Assembly (NCBI GenBank): GCA_951406725.2
Contig: OX597836.1
Location: forward strand, 4,588,001 to 4,652,000
Direction: 5' to 3'
From: Octopus vulgaris
Taxonomy: Eukaryota
Length of the DNA stretch: 64,000 bases
The notes beneath the pieces were generated by a model that ran no database searches, was not told the DNA's origin, and saw nothing but the letters and a program-made list of their open reading frames with translations. Below are positions 21,887 to 35,610 of the stretch, piece by piece. A program made the translations under genes and the position numbers. How positions within the stretch are numbered: the stretch's first letter is position 1; the number at the start of each line of letters is the position of its first letter.

Positions 21887-22476
21887 GTGATGGTTAAGTT
21901 TAGATCAAAGGAAATGTATTGTAGTCGCGCTCTGTAGCCTTCTAGCATCGTGTCTTCAATTATCTTCTGTTTTCAGTAACTTTTTGGCTTTTGCACTGTT
22001 ATAACTTCTCTCATAGATATTCACGCGTAGTTAGTGCTTCTGTTTGCATGTAAAATAAAACACTTCGTAATTACCGACTTATATATAATTATATAATGCA
22101 CTGAATGTATATATATATATATATATATATGGTGGGGATATGTATGTATACGTGTTTCTACTGAACAATTCACGTGTATACGTAACTATCTAACTATATT
22201 GACACCTATGCCTATATATACACCCAATCAGACAAGCACACGTATCCATACTTGCCTGTCACACGTTGTATATATATATATATAAATAGTCGGGAAGCCA
22301 ACCAACTAATATACTTTACTCTTTTATGTATTATTAGTACATATTGTGTGCAACACAGAGTCTTTGCCTCTGTATGTATTCTTATAATACTTCTTTATAT
22401 TTTGGAATAAGTAAAAATAATAGAATGTCTACCGGCTGATGTATGTCCTTTTCCCATTCCCCTCCATAATTTTTTG

Positions 22477-22511
<35 letters not shown>

Positions 22512-22728
22512 AAGAGTGAGAAAAATTAATGCTATGAAGAGACTTCATTTACCGGGCTCACTTAAATCAGTTTCGTATCAAAGACGAATGCGCTTGTTTT
22601 ATTTAAAATCAATGTCCATTCAACAAACAAGAAGTCCGTTTTTTTTTAACAGGTTTTCTCCCTATCTCTATGTTTTTGCAAATATATATTAGGGAGGTAT
22701 GCATGTGTATATACATATATGTGTTTAT

Positions 22729-22854
<126 letters not shown>

Positions 22855-22920
22855 GCATGCATGTATGTATGTATGTAAATATGTATGTATGTATGTAGAA
22901 TGTGAGTGTCTGAGAGAGTT

Positions 22921-22974
<54 letters not shown>

Positions 22975-23396
22975 TTTGAAAGATTGATTTATTTGTATAT
23001 CTGGATGTAAAAATATGTAACCTATAGAATATTTTCTCTTGATATTTAATTGGTCTATGATGCGGGTCACAAATACGTTGCAAAATCCGATGTTATGAAT
23101 ATAATCTGTCACATTTCTTCTGAAAGAATTATATCTCGGAATCCAACACGATACAGCGCATGCGGAATAAGTGTGGGAATTATTCTACTAAACAGAATAT
23201 TGATCTTGGCCAAAATATCAGAAGTACCAGCCTGTGAATTCTCCTACATATACGATTAATTAATCATAATGGTCTATTAATCATCGGATTAATATTAGCC
23301 ATAATTCAATGGGTATATTATGCATCGTAATTAATCACTGGATACAGATATGGCCATTTCTGTGCATATGCATACATACATACATATCTATCTATG

Positions 23397-23460
<64 letters not shown>

Positions 23461-23483
23461 CTATAATTTGATACATGTATATA

Positions 23484-23551
<68 letters not shown>

Positions 23552-23621
23552 AGCGTGTGCATGTATATATATATAAATATGCATATATATAAGTTTACGT
23601 TCGGGTATGTATATATATTTG

Positions 23622-23653
<32 letters not shown>

Positions 23654-23654
23654 C

Positions 23655-23688
<34 letters not shown>

Positions 23689-23719
23689 TCATATATATGT
23701 ATCTGTAAGTTTATATCAA

Positions 23720-24073
23720 TATCTATAAATCTGAAATGAGAAGGTGTGTTTGTTTGTCTGGTTTTGACATTGGAACGGGTTAAAGGGCACTAGATCCCAT
23801 CGGTTTGACTCAAAAATTTACAGGGACATGTAAAATGAGGTGAGGATCTGAGTGTCCTAAGTTAGATATCCCTATCTTAAAAGGTGAGGTTAATAGGCAG
23901 AAAACGCACACTTTGACAATTCTTCTCACGTTCTCTTATCTGCCTGTCTTCCTCCGTCTCTATCAGTTTCCTCCTTTCCCATCACATTCTCTCTATAACG
24001 ACGTTTGACAGCTACTACTATCTTTTCTCCACCACCTTCGCCAGCTGTCACTCTTTCTACCAACGTCTCACCG

Positions 24074-24117
<44 letters not shown>

Positions 24118-24300
24118 GTCTGTCTGTATTCGTAGGGAGTTTTATTTTCGCCACCACCACACAATCATGCGAACAAATATTATGAATCAGATAACTTGAT
24201 ATTATGAATCAGATGACTTGATTAAGTTTAATTTAATTTAATTAAGCTGGTTTACCATTAAAAAACGCCGAAACAATACATTGTCTAAAGATGAACAGGG
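23720..24300 (+). mobile_element. Possible non-autonomous Helitron-like element remnant
   Basis: Starts TCTATAAATCTGAAATGAGAAGG-TGTGTTTGTTTGTCTG, a typical 5' layout for such elements; no clear 3' end seen. Confidence 0.25.
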
Positions 24301-25030
24301 TAATTGTTTTTTTAATTTTTCTTTACATTTCGGAATTACTACTATTTTGCGGTTGGAGCCCTGGCTGCTATTTCTAGTGGGTCGAACGGCCTATTGTAGC
24401 CGTTCCTCAATTGTTGTTGTATATATATATATATAAATTTATATCTGAGGATAATATCGATATTTAAGTGTCGAAATTATCAAGTGGCCAGCATGAAAGA
24501 AATACCTTACAAAGGTAAAAAAATTTATATATATATATATATATTCATATATATATACACAGATAGTTAGATGGATGGATAGATAGATAAACATACACAT
24601 ATGTGTATGTTCACGCGTATGCATGCATACACAGACCGTATATAAATGTTTGTGTATACGCATCTGGGTGCGTACAATGAACTGTCGAGTTGAACGGTCA
24701 TACCGGCCTGACTCAGCAGTAATCTGACACGGATCATCGGTTCATATACGTATCGTAACGGTTTCGTTGCTGGCATAATATCTCGAAACTCCATTAACTC
24801 AGGTCGCGGTAACACATGAGATAACACAACGTATTAAACGCGAGAGATAAGAAGAGATGGAAGAAAAGAGAGTGTAAATATTCTGCCAGTATATATATAT
24901 ATATATGGAGTGAAGGGAAAGTGGATGGTTTGTTTCGACCGAGGAGAGCATCAAGAAAGCAATGTCCAAAAATCAATATTTGCAAAGTTAAGCTCACGTA
25001 GGCATAAATATGCATAAGTATACAGTGCGC

Positions 25031-25061
<31 letters not shown>

Positions 25062-25347
25062 TATATATATATATATGTGTGTGTGTGCGTGTGTGTATGT
25101 GTGTGTGTACGTATAAATACATATATATATGTATGTGTATATATATATTGATAGACAGATAGTTAAATAGATAGATACTTAGGCAGATAGGTAATGTAAG
25201 ATACACAATTAGATAATAGATATATATGTATATATATATATATATATATATAGATGTATACACATGTGTGTTTTTGTACTTTGTTTCTCAAAATACCTGT
25301 ATGTATACAGATACACATATATACATATACATATACACATATATATA

Positions 25348-25380
<33 letters not shown>

Positions 25381-25882
25381 TTATTTATTTATATACATAC
25401 ATTCATATATATATACACACACATGTCTGTATATGCATTTGTATATATATGTGTGCATATATTTATATGTATATACATATATATATACACATACGTATAC
25501 CTACATACATTACTCATAAATAGCCATATACAAGCAATGGATAAATGACGATACTATAATCAATAAAGTGGGCTAAGTCGTTTCGTATCTTATGTTCAAT
25601 TAGGAGAAATATTGACCTCCGTTCGATCAGTAGAACTTTATAGATATCGCCTTGATAAGCGCCTATGATGAATGCATTCTGGTGGCCACTGACGGCATTG
25701 CATCTACATTACGTACATTACGCCGGCTTTATTATTTAGAAGAGTAGATAAAAAGACTCGCTTCTACAAGCTTACACATGCACACACACATACACACATA
25801 TATATATGTGTATATATATCTATATCTATATCTATCTCTCTCTATATATATTTATGTATACATACATATGTATATGTGTATA

Positions 25883-25934
<52 letters not shown>

Positions 25935-26075
25935 CATTTATGTATGTATATACATGTATGTATATATATGAATATGTATATGCTTGTATATATATATATA
26001 TATATATTTGCACACACACACATAGATATATATATAAATATACATACATACATATATATACATATACATATATAT

Positions 26076-26127
<52 letters not shown>

Positions 26128-27044
26128 CTGTGTGTATGTATACACGCAGGCATATGCATATTCACATATCCACGCATACATTCTCGTGGTTGTTGTATGA
26201 CAGATAATGCGAAAATGGCCGTAACCTTTCCTTCATTAGCTGACAATGGTTTCTCATTTTAGCGTGTTGTTACAATAACGCTTGCTGTCTTAGAACTCTT
26301 CATGTTCTTCAGTGTGGTAAACTGTTGCTAACCTAGAAGAAAACTTCGTTCCGTCAATGAGTTTCCTAACGAAGGTAGGTCGCAGGAGTCCTGGCATCCA
26401 CAAATGGCTGCGGATATTCTAAAATGATGTCAACGTGAACACGAGTTGTGTGTATAGTTTGAGGAATAGCGTCTCGAAAGAATAGGAAACCGGTATTGAA
26501 GACAAACGACGCATTGATTGAGAATCGATACTCTTCGATCATTGTGACCAATCACCATCTGGATGAGGAATCGATTCCCGCAGAGAAAGAGAAATCCGAT
26601 TGCTACACAACTGGACAGTTGTTATTAAAGCATAACAGAAAATAGTGGAAGACTGTTGGCAAATGTCTACAGAGAGGTACCGTGGCACCTGGCATCAGAT
26701 ATAATGGAAAACATAGTGGTAACCTGCTCTGTTCTGCAGGAAGCGTTTGAAACCAAAGGAGAATGGAATTTAGCCGATATGGTGACAAGGTCTTAAGACT
26801 TAAAAAGTGCAACTCGGCAACGATGTGCAGAGAAAATTCTGTTCGGTATTTTTTGAAGAAATTTCATGATACGTAGTTGTACAATGGACAGCGAGCAGCA
26901 CTTAGCACATTAAAAGACCTTTAAAAGGCCATTGGCTGGAATAGGTGAACAATGACCCATAAGGCAAATGAATGATCACTGATACATAAAGCAAAAGTCA
27001 AAGAATCGGTATATTAGCCTGTCCGCTGTCAGTCTTAGAGATGT

Positions 27045-27130
27045 ATCTCACTGCGTGGCACCTTGGGGGAGTGTCTCCTACTATAGCTTGTGAGGAAAGT
27101 TGATACACGGACACTGGAAGAAGCCCGTCG

Positions 27131-27165
<35 letters not shown>

Positions 27166-27408
27166 TTATGTGTGTTTATGTGTCTGTGTGTGTGTTTGTG
27201 CGTGCGTGTGTTTGTGTGTGTTCGTCACCCCCACTAACGCCAGATAAACGATGCTGGTGTGCTTACGTCACCGTAACTTAGCGGTTTGGCAAAAGTCCCA
27301 GTTAGAATAAGTACTAGGCTTACAAAGAATAAGTCCTGGGGTCGATTTGCGCGACTAAAGGCGATGCTCCAGCATGGCCACAGTTAAATGACCGAAACAA
27401 GTAAAAGA

Positions 27409-27410
<2 letters not shown>
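27045..27410 (+). mobile_element. SINE family A, 5'-truncated
   Basis: CACTGCGTGGCACCTTGGG...AAGTACTAGGCTTACAAAGAATAAGTCCTGGGGTCGAT...GCTCCAGCATGGCC, reverse complement of 15730-16143. Confidence 0.8.
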
Positions 27411-27451
<41 letters not shown>

Positions 27452-28889
27452 CATACATACATACCATACATACCTACCATACATACATACCATACATACA
27501 TGCATACCATACATACATACATACCATACATACATACACACATACACACCATACATACATACATACTATACATAAATACCATACAAGCATACACACCATA
27601 CATACATATAGGTGTGTAGAAAGAAAGAGAAAATGAAAGGGGGAGAGAGATAGAGAGAGAGAGAGATGTTCCTGTTATTCTTCTTCTTCCATCAAACGTC
27701 TCTCGATAGTCTTTAATACATTAACTGAAAGGGGAACAAAGAAAATGGAGGGAAAACAACGGAATAGAATTTCAATAAATAGAATTTACCGATGCAGAGC
27801 TTTGCTCAAAGTAGAAAAGCACTACTGTTGTCACAATTCTACTGATCAGAAAATGATAGCTTAAGGGAGTGGAGACTTCTGCGAATGTATGCAGTGCGTT
27901 TAATTTCAGCTGAGAAATCGGTGCTGGTTGTTTTATGTTCCCGCTATAGTGTTTGTTTGTTTGTTTGTTTGTCGTGCTGTAGGTTGGTTCGGTGATTGTC
28001 TGGTTGGCTGGCTTGGTCGGTCGGTCGGTTGGTTGGTTTGATGCGTTGATGATAAAATGTGTGTTGCTCTTTGCAAGTTATTTTTAAAGGAGATGTATTT
28101 TCGGTGACTTCGCTTGTGGCAGGCGATATGTGCATGTAGGAATTTAGAAATGTATGCATACATACATACATACATACATACATACATACATTCATATATA
28201 CACACCTGAACATCAAATACACACACGCATACATATACAAATATATATATATATATATATGATTGATTGATTGATTGATTGATTCTAGTTTCAGCTTATG
28301 AGCTGTGGCCATGCTGGGGCACCGCCATTATAATAGCGTGTTAGACAGCGCCTGTGGTTTCAAGGTAGGGAGAATTCACATAGAGTTCAGATTAACGAAG
28401 TAACCATAAGTAAAAGAGTTAAAAGATAGAGCATATTTTGATTCGTTGTCTGTGACTGATTCTTCTGTAATCATTCTAGTAACACGTATTTCTTGCACTC
28501 TAGTTAATCTTCTCACCAGTGTGGACTATACGTCAACAACTGAGCCCCTGCACCACCAACAAGAAAATCCTCACCCATATACGAGCTTGAAACTCTCGCT
28601 GTCGACGTCCGTAAAATCAATTACGAAAAATAAGTTTATGTGCCAAGAAAAGAAAGCAGCTACGTCAACGGCAACAGGAATTTAAAACCTCGGGCGAAAA
28701 CCGTAATTTAGTACTAATTGTTTATGTAAAATTTATGTATTTGTCAAATTAAAGATTCTTTAATTTTCTCAACACAGCTGCGTTCGTACGTAATCTTATT
28801 TGACCTACCAATCACTGCTATACATTTCGGTCTCATACCATCTCTCGTTTGTCACTTTATCTGCTAGGAATAACAGCTAAATCTTTATA

Positions 28890-28934
<45 letters not shown>

Positions 28935-28938
<4 letters not shown>

Positions 28939-29170
28939 TTCTTAACTACCCACAAGGGGCTAAACACAGAGAGGACAAACAAGGACAGACAAACGGATTA
29001 AGTCGATTACATCGACACCAGTGCGTAGCTGGTACTTAATTTATCCACCCCGAAAGGATTATAGGCAAAGTCTACCTCGGTGGAATTTGAACTCAGAACC
29101 TAACGACAGACGAAATACCGCTAAGCATTTCGCCCGGCGTGCTAACGTTTCTGCCAGCTCGCCGCCTTTT
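28935..29170 (-). mobile_element. tRNA-derived SINE, family C
   Basis: Minus strand AAGGCGGCGAGCTGGCAGAAACGTTAGCAC...GAGTTCAAATTCC...CCTTTCGGGGTGGATAAATTAAGTACC; related copies at ~29490-29700, 31850-32035, 44385-44570, 46110-46285, 57715-58110, 60375-60460 and 61005-61140. Confidence 0.85.
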
Positions 29171-30289
29171 CATATATATAGCTTTAACTGTTATCTAAGA
29201 TATTCAAGGGAAACCGACTGTTTTATATTCGCTTATGTTGCTTTATATAGGCAGATTATCTTATATAGTTCTCTGATATCGGGGGTTGTCTTGGCTAATG
29301 TTGCCTTGAATGATCAGAAACTGATGAGAAATATAAAAAGAATCAAAACACAACGGAGATTTATGTGATGAAATGTCTTTGATCAATGACGCAATTACGC
29401 AGTTTTTTTTTTCTGAACACAGCAAAACCAATGCCAAGTGCATAGCCTTTCGGTAACCGAATTTGGAGCTACATCATAAGCACCTGAAAGATGGCCAATT
29501 AGTAGAATTGTTAGCACACTGGGAAAATAGCGTAGCTTTATTTCGCCTGACTTTGCGGTCAGAATTAAAATTCCGCCGAGATCGAATTTGACTTTAATCC
29601 TTTCGGGGTTGATAAAATAAGTACCATTTGAGCACTGGAGCTGATGCCAACGACATAACTCCACCCCTACGAACTTACCAGTTTTTAGCCGAAATTTTAA
29701 ACCAATATTCTAATGGATCCGAGATATTCTATGGAAGCTGTTAGAATTAATGTGACGACTTAATGGGATACGACAATGAGAGACGACGTAGTCACTCGAC
29801 CGGAAAATAGGAGTGACATTCCCTAAAATCATTCCCTACTGTTTATTGTAGCTCTGGGATTCCTACTCGTTAGAAGCGTTCGTTGTCACAGCTGGAATTC
29901 TTGTGATCATACAACAACGGAAATGGACATTCTGTGTCATTAACAGAATCCAATCTCTTTTAAGTTCAGGGAATTAATTGCCTGTCACCCACTTTCAACC
30001 AGTCCCGGAAAACCTGAAATGTATCACCGACGCTGTGCTTAATCTCTCTGAATCATATGAAAGGAAACTATGTTTATAAATATTTAGAATAACATAAAGA
30101 CCCCACGGGAGAGACAAAGTAAATCAAATGTATTAATTCCACGTTTTCAATGAAGGGAAAGGAGTTTAATGTTTCACACGTTAGCACTTCATTAGAAGGA
30201 AGGTAAAATGAAAGCAATAATTGAATAAGATAAGGTTTTAAGAAAAAACTAAATGAGAAACTAGTTTGAAAAAAGACTAACGTATATAG

Positions 30290-30463
30290 ACTATATTTAA
30301 GGGATTAGGAATTATGTACATTATTTACATTATTTACATTTGACGGATCTTTGTCCTCATCTTGTTTGTTAACACAACGCTTCGGCTTATATACCCTCCA
30401 GCCTTCATCAGGTGTCTTGGGGAAATTTCGAACTTGGGATCTCATTTCTAAGGTATTTTTCGA

Positions 30464-30496
<33 letters not shown>

Positions 30497-30497
30497 G

Positions 30498-30549
<52 letters not shown>

Positions 30550-30622
30550 TTACTGTCTGGAATCGAAATGTCGGGGTTAGCAGCCCGCGCTCTTAACCAT
30601 TACGCCATATGCCCGTGGGCAG
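30290..30622 (-). mobile_element. Composite SINE-like element: tRNA-derived head + (AAT)n + hammerhead-containing tail
   Basis: Minus strand GGGCATATGGCGTAATGGTTAAGAGCGCGGGC...TTCGATTCC (A/B boxes), (AAT)n, then ACAC-CTGATGA-AGGCT...AGCC-GAAG-CG-TT-GTGT. Confidence 0.75.
30372..30415 (-). ncRNA. Type I minimal hammerhead ribozyme (GAAA changed to GAAG)
   Basis: Stem I ACAC/GTGT, CTGATGA core, stem II GGCT/AGCC, short palindromic stem III. Confidence 0.7.
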
Positions 30623-31517
30623 ACCATTTGGAATCCGATAGTATGGACTCTGCTCTTGATTTTGAATACGGTACTTGTCCATCAGCCGGTTGAACTGCAT
30701 GATCTTCAGGTGCATTTGTCTGAAAAGATTTTGTTGCAAACATTCCTGCCTTGTTTGCGAGCTTAGTAGCAAATTCACTTTACCATCTGAAATCTCGCAA
30801 CTCCTTGAAAAATATTCATAGGTTTGAGTTCTACCGTCACATCAGATTTAGACAAAAAAAAATTAAGAAGAACACGTAAATAAGTGAAAATAATTATTGC
30901 AAAAATTAAAACAGGAAAAAATAGAAACGACATTGAGCTCTGGATGAAATAGCGCTAGGAATCATCACCAGTGATGTTCTTCCATATTCCATAATAACAG
31001 ACAGCCATTATAACTGTGTTGATTATAGCTTTCATAGTTTATAATCGTTCCCTTTAAGCGTCATGTTTTAAGAATTCGCTGAAGACATATGGCCACCGGA
31101 TTGTAGATAGAAACCACCATTTTCCCTAACACTGTCAGATATTTTGTAAAAAAGCAAAAAATAATAAAATCTAGAAAATACCAAAATGTTGTGCACTTCA
31201 TATCATCTCAGATCATTATGTCATTAAACATAAAATAAACATCTTAAATGTTGCGCATTCTAATGTCAGTGAGTGTATATCAGTTAATTTGAAATTCTTC
31301 AATAAAATTCGTTTTTTTATTTACCATTAAATAGTGTCAGATTGAAATGTCACAAAGTTGTTGTTCAAATTTTCATTTGTTTCTATGTTTATATTTGTTT
31401 GGTTATAAATTTCCCTCACTTCTCATTCACTCTTTTCCTGCATTAAAACAAATTTATTAGTTGCAGAGAAGTTAGCTGAGTGTAAGTCAATTATATGTAT
31501 GTACGTATATATATAAA

Positions 31518-31586
<69 letters not shown>

Positions 31587-31599
31587 TGTGTGTGTAAGA

Positions 31600-31649
<50 letters not shown>

Positions 31650-31849
31650 GTGCGTGTGTGTGCATGTGTGTGTGTCTGTGTATATAAGTATATATATATA
31701 AATGTATATATATGTATATACATACATACATATACATATATATGTGTGTGTTTGTGTGTGTGTATACATGCATACATATATACATATATATACACACAAA
31801 CACCCCCGCAGACACACACACATACACATTCATAGCGATATACAATACC

Positions 31850-32035
31850 TATTTCTTTATTACCCACAAGGGGCTAAACACAGAGGGGACAAACAAGGAC
31901 AGACATAGGTATTAAGTCGATTACATCGACCCCAGTGCGTAACTGGTACTTAATTTATCGACCCCGAAAGGATGAAAGGCAAAGTCGACCTCGGCGGAAT
32001 TTGAACTCACAACGTAACACACCGTCAGACAAAAA
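31850..32035 (-). mobile_element. SINE family C, 5'-truncated
   Basis: Highly similar to 28935-29120. Confidence 0.85.
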
Positions 32036-32361
32036 TATATATGTGTGTATGTGTGAATGTGTTTGTTTTGTGTGTATGTGTCTGTATGTTTTTCTGTGTG
32101 CGTGTGTGTGTCTGTGTGTGTACAAACACACAAGCAATATGTTTAGGTTTTGCCACAGCTTATAAATGAAAACATTTTCTCAATAGTTCCTTGCATCTTT
32201 ATACTGGTTTTCGGTATCGGAGAGCGATATGATAGATTCGTCAAATATATACAGACGATCATTTAGAAGAAACCCGAGAATATTTGGACGTGGAACTTGT
32301 CATTCCTGTGTGTCGAGCGATCATTTGTCGAAGTATAAAGCCATTTTGTTGTTGACAGACG

Positions 32362-32411
<50 letters not shown>

Positions 32412-32520
32412 ATAATTGAAAAAGAGGATAAAAGATTTTATAAGAATGTATCAAGTAGTTAGCGTGAAAAACTTCATAAGGGAAAACTCCATCAATTATT
32501 CCTCTTAAATATATTTATAT

Positions 32521-32670
32521 TATATTGAGGGCATTACTATATATAAATGCCTCACGCTAGCAGGGACTCTTAAAGACAAGACTACCTTAATAAATATGTA
32601 TTATGGTAGTTTTGAATTTAAGAGTCCCTCCTAGCGTGAGGCATTTATGTATAGTAATGACCTTAATATA
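32521..32670. repeat. Long near-perfect palindrome (72-bp arms, 6-nt loop)
   Basis: 32521-32592 is the reverse complement of 32599-32670 with few mismatches. Confidence 0.9.
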
Positions 32671-33362
32671 AAAAAATAAACTATATATATATATATATAT
32701 ATTCGTGTAGTTCGAATGAAACTAAACATATCAAGATGTAACAGAGTAGTTAAGAGTATGTAATAGTTTAACGTTCAGAAAAATGGAAGGGGGTTTCGTT
32801 GTTAGAAATGAATGAAGAGAGAGAAGAGATCGAGATAGGAAAACACGAAGAGGAAAAAAACTGTGTTTGCATTAACAGATTAGGAATCATCCATGTTGAC
32901 CACTAGAAGAAAGTTCGAGGTATGAGCAGCAAGTGAATAAAGACAGACTTGTCTTAGATATACGCGTATTTTGTCAACATTCAGTAATTCCTATGTGAAC
33001 ATTCGCTATACTGTTGCGACATAATTAATGTTAATTCGAATAGGAGTAATTGTTCTACCTATTCTGCGTTCATGGAATATAAGCCAGCACTCAGGAAATA
33101 TAAACATATATATAAACAAACACTGTGTGATGCTGAGATATATTGGTCATAGCTATGACTTAAGTCGTGATGAACTGAAAGAAGGAGAGACACAAGAAAC
33201 AAGAGAATTACGTGTCAACAACGTGCATCATGCGGTTTAGCATTCGCTTTCGACTGTAACGATACAACTGTAAACATGCGTGCACGTATATATGTGCATA
33301 CTATGCATATCTATCTATATTTACATACACACACACAGATACACACACATATATATATATAA

Positions 33363-33461
33363 AATATGAATTAGAGATAAAACCACTATTATGCAACTCA
33401 AACAGTGATAGACATAAACCAATACTGTTGCCTAATAGTGGTTTTATCTCTAATTCATATT
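33363..33461. repeat. Inverted repeat, 35-bp arms
   Basis: AATATGAATTAGAGATAAAACCACTATTATGCAAC versus GTTGCCTAATAGTGGTTTTATCTCTAATTCATATT. Confidence 0.9.
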
Positions 33462-33559
33462 ATATATATTTATACTGTGAAATTTGATTTAATACTAAAT
33501 TGAACTTTTCCCTAGAAGTTTGGAGTTATACTCCATAATATTATTATTATTATTATTAT

Positions 33560-33898
33560 TGAGTGAGGAAGCAGTGCATGCTATCAAAGTGACACTGGGG
33601 TAAAATATACGAAGCCCAGTATACCCATCATGACTACCCGTCTGATAAGGGTAAAGTAGGCACATGCATCACAAACATATGTGCGTGACATGGTGATCTC
33701 ATATCAAGAGAAACAGTACATGACCTTGCAGGTGGGGGCCCAGTTAGGATTTTCTTCTTGGTCGAGTAACCCATCCCGCTCAAAAGGTCCCTGAATGAGG
33801 GTTGTTTAAGGATGTTGAACGAAACACCCATGTTTCCAGAAGTGAATTATTCAAACACCAAAGAATCCCCCTCAACACATGACTATGATGCTTCCCCA
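33560..33898. mobile_element. Interspersed repeat embedded in (TTA)n; second partial copy at 36185-36358
   Basis: GCAGTGCATGCTATCAAAGTGACACTGG...CATGACCTTGCAG shared by both loci, each flanked by (TTA)n on both sides. Confidence 0.75.
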
Positions 33899-33902
33899 TT
33901 TA

Positions 33903-33968
<66 letters not shown>

Positions 33969-33972
<4 letters not shown>

Positions 33973-34500
33973 TAGTTTTATTTTTATTTTTATAGCGTGC
34001 TTTCACTTCACTACCGAGCGCAGCTCTGTGTGCCTTGGGTATGTGCTGTGATTTGTTGTGATGCTCTGATGGTTATTGTATGGAAAGTGTTCTGCGTAGG
34101 ATGTGGGCAGTGCCTAGTAGTGCAATTTTCTGTATGTTATATGTGTTTGTAAGTCCTGGTGTTTTTGTTATGTATTTGTCTGAATATTTTTTTATCATGC
34201 CTAATGCACCTACTATGATAGGAATTGTTTCTGTTTTCAGATTCCACATTCTAGTTACCTCTATTTCCAGGTCTTTGTATTTTGAGAGTTTCTCCATTTC
34301 TTTTAGAGACACGTTGTCATCTGCCGGTATTGATACATCAATTAAAAAGCATTTTTTTCTTCATGATCTCTTACAACTATATCTGGTCTGTTGGCCTTAA
34401 TTTCTCTATCTGTGTGTATCGGCATATCCCAGAGTATGGTTGCTTTCTCGTTTTCTGTGACCTTTTCTGGTGTGTGCCTATACCATCTTTTTTCTGTTGT
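33969..34500 (-). mobile_element. 5'-truncated Dong/R4-clade non-LTR retrotransposon (REL endonuclease domain + 3' UTR) in (TAA)n
   Basis: Minus strand ILWDMPIHTDREIKANRPDIVV...LIDVSIPADDNVSLKEMEKLSKYKDLEIEVTRMW...IPIIVGALG...QKIALLGTAHILRR, a PD..D type restriction-like endonuclease; flanked by (TAA)n. Confidence 0.85.
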
Positions 34501-34502
34501 TA

Positions 34503-34567
<65 letters not shown>

Positions 34568-34623
34568 ATTATTAATATTATATATCTATATATATATGTA
34601 TAAAAATATGTATATATATTTGG

Positions 34624-34665
<42 letters not shown>

Positions 34666-34976
34666 CTAAGATGTATGCATACGTGTACAAGTGGATCGTG
34701 CATAAGTTACGAAACACAACATGGCTAAGGAAGTAAAAAAAAAAGAATGAAAATAGATTCCTTGCTATAATTGCCAAAATAATGGTATTGTAATAACTGA
34801 CAATTGCATTCATTATAGGAACTGTCTCTTGGAGAAAAAAATGCTGTTCTTCCATCTGATACTTTGAATGTGAAACTATTTTAGAGTTTCAAATATAAAC
34901 ACTAAAATTGCAGTGCGCATATAAAATAAAAACAAATAAAAATATACAATAACAGTCATTTGTGGACTTATGCAGT

Positions 34977-35032
<56 letters not shown>

Positions 35033-35559
35033 TATATATGTATTTATATATATGTATATATATGTATATATATATGTATATATATTTATATATATATATG
35101 TATATATAAATATTCCCTTACAAAATTATACCCTATGAGTTAGAACCATAATATTTACATAGGTATACGTACACTTGCTCAAATACACCTGTGCATGTGT
35201 GTGCGTATGTGCGTGAGTGTGTCATTCAGTGTGTGTGTATGTGTGTGTGTGTGTGTGTATGGTGTGTATGCATATGGAAAAGCTCAATCGCATTCACAGA
35301 AAAGTGTGTCTCCACACAAGTAATTATACATACATAACGAGTGGCTTCACATGCACAGAAGCATTGAGTAAGCACACACATACACACACACACACACACA
35401 TGTATATATTGTTAAACATATATGTGTGTGTAGTGTGTGTGTGTGTGTAAAGAGAGAGAGAGAGAGAGACCGATACTGAGAGAGAAATTGAATAATACAC
35501 GCAATCGAACGTGTCTACATATATAGATGAATGTTTATAAGTATATATATATATATGTA

Positions 35560-35610
<51 letters not shown>

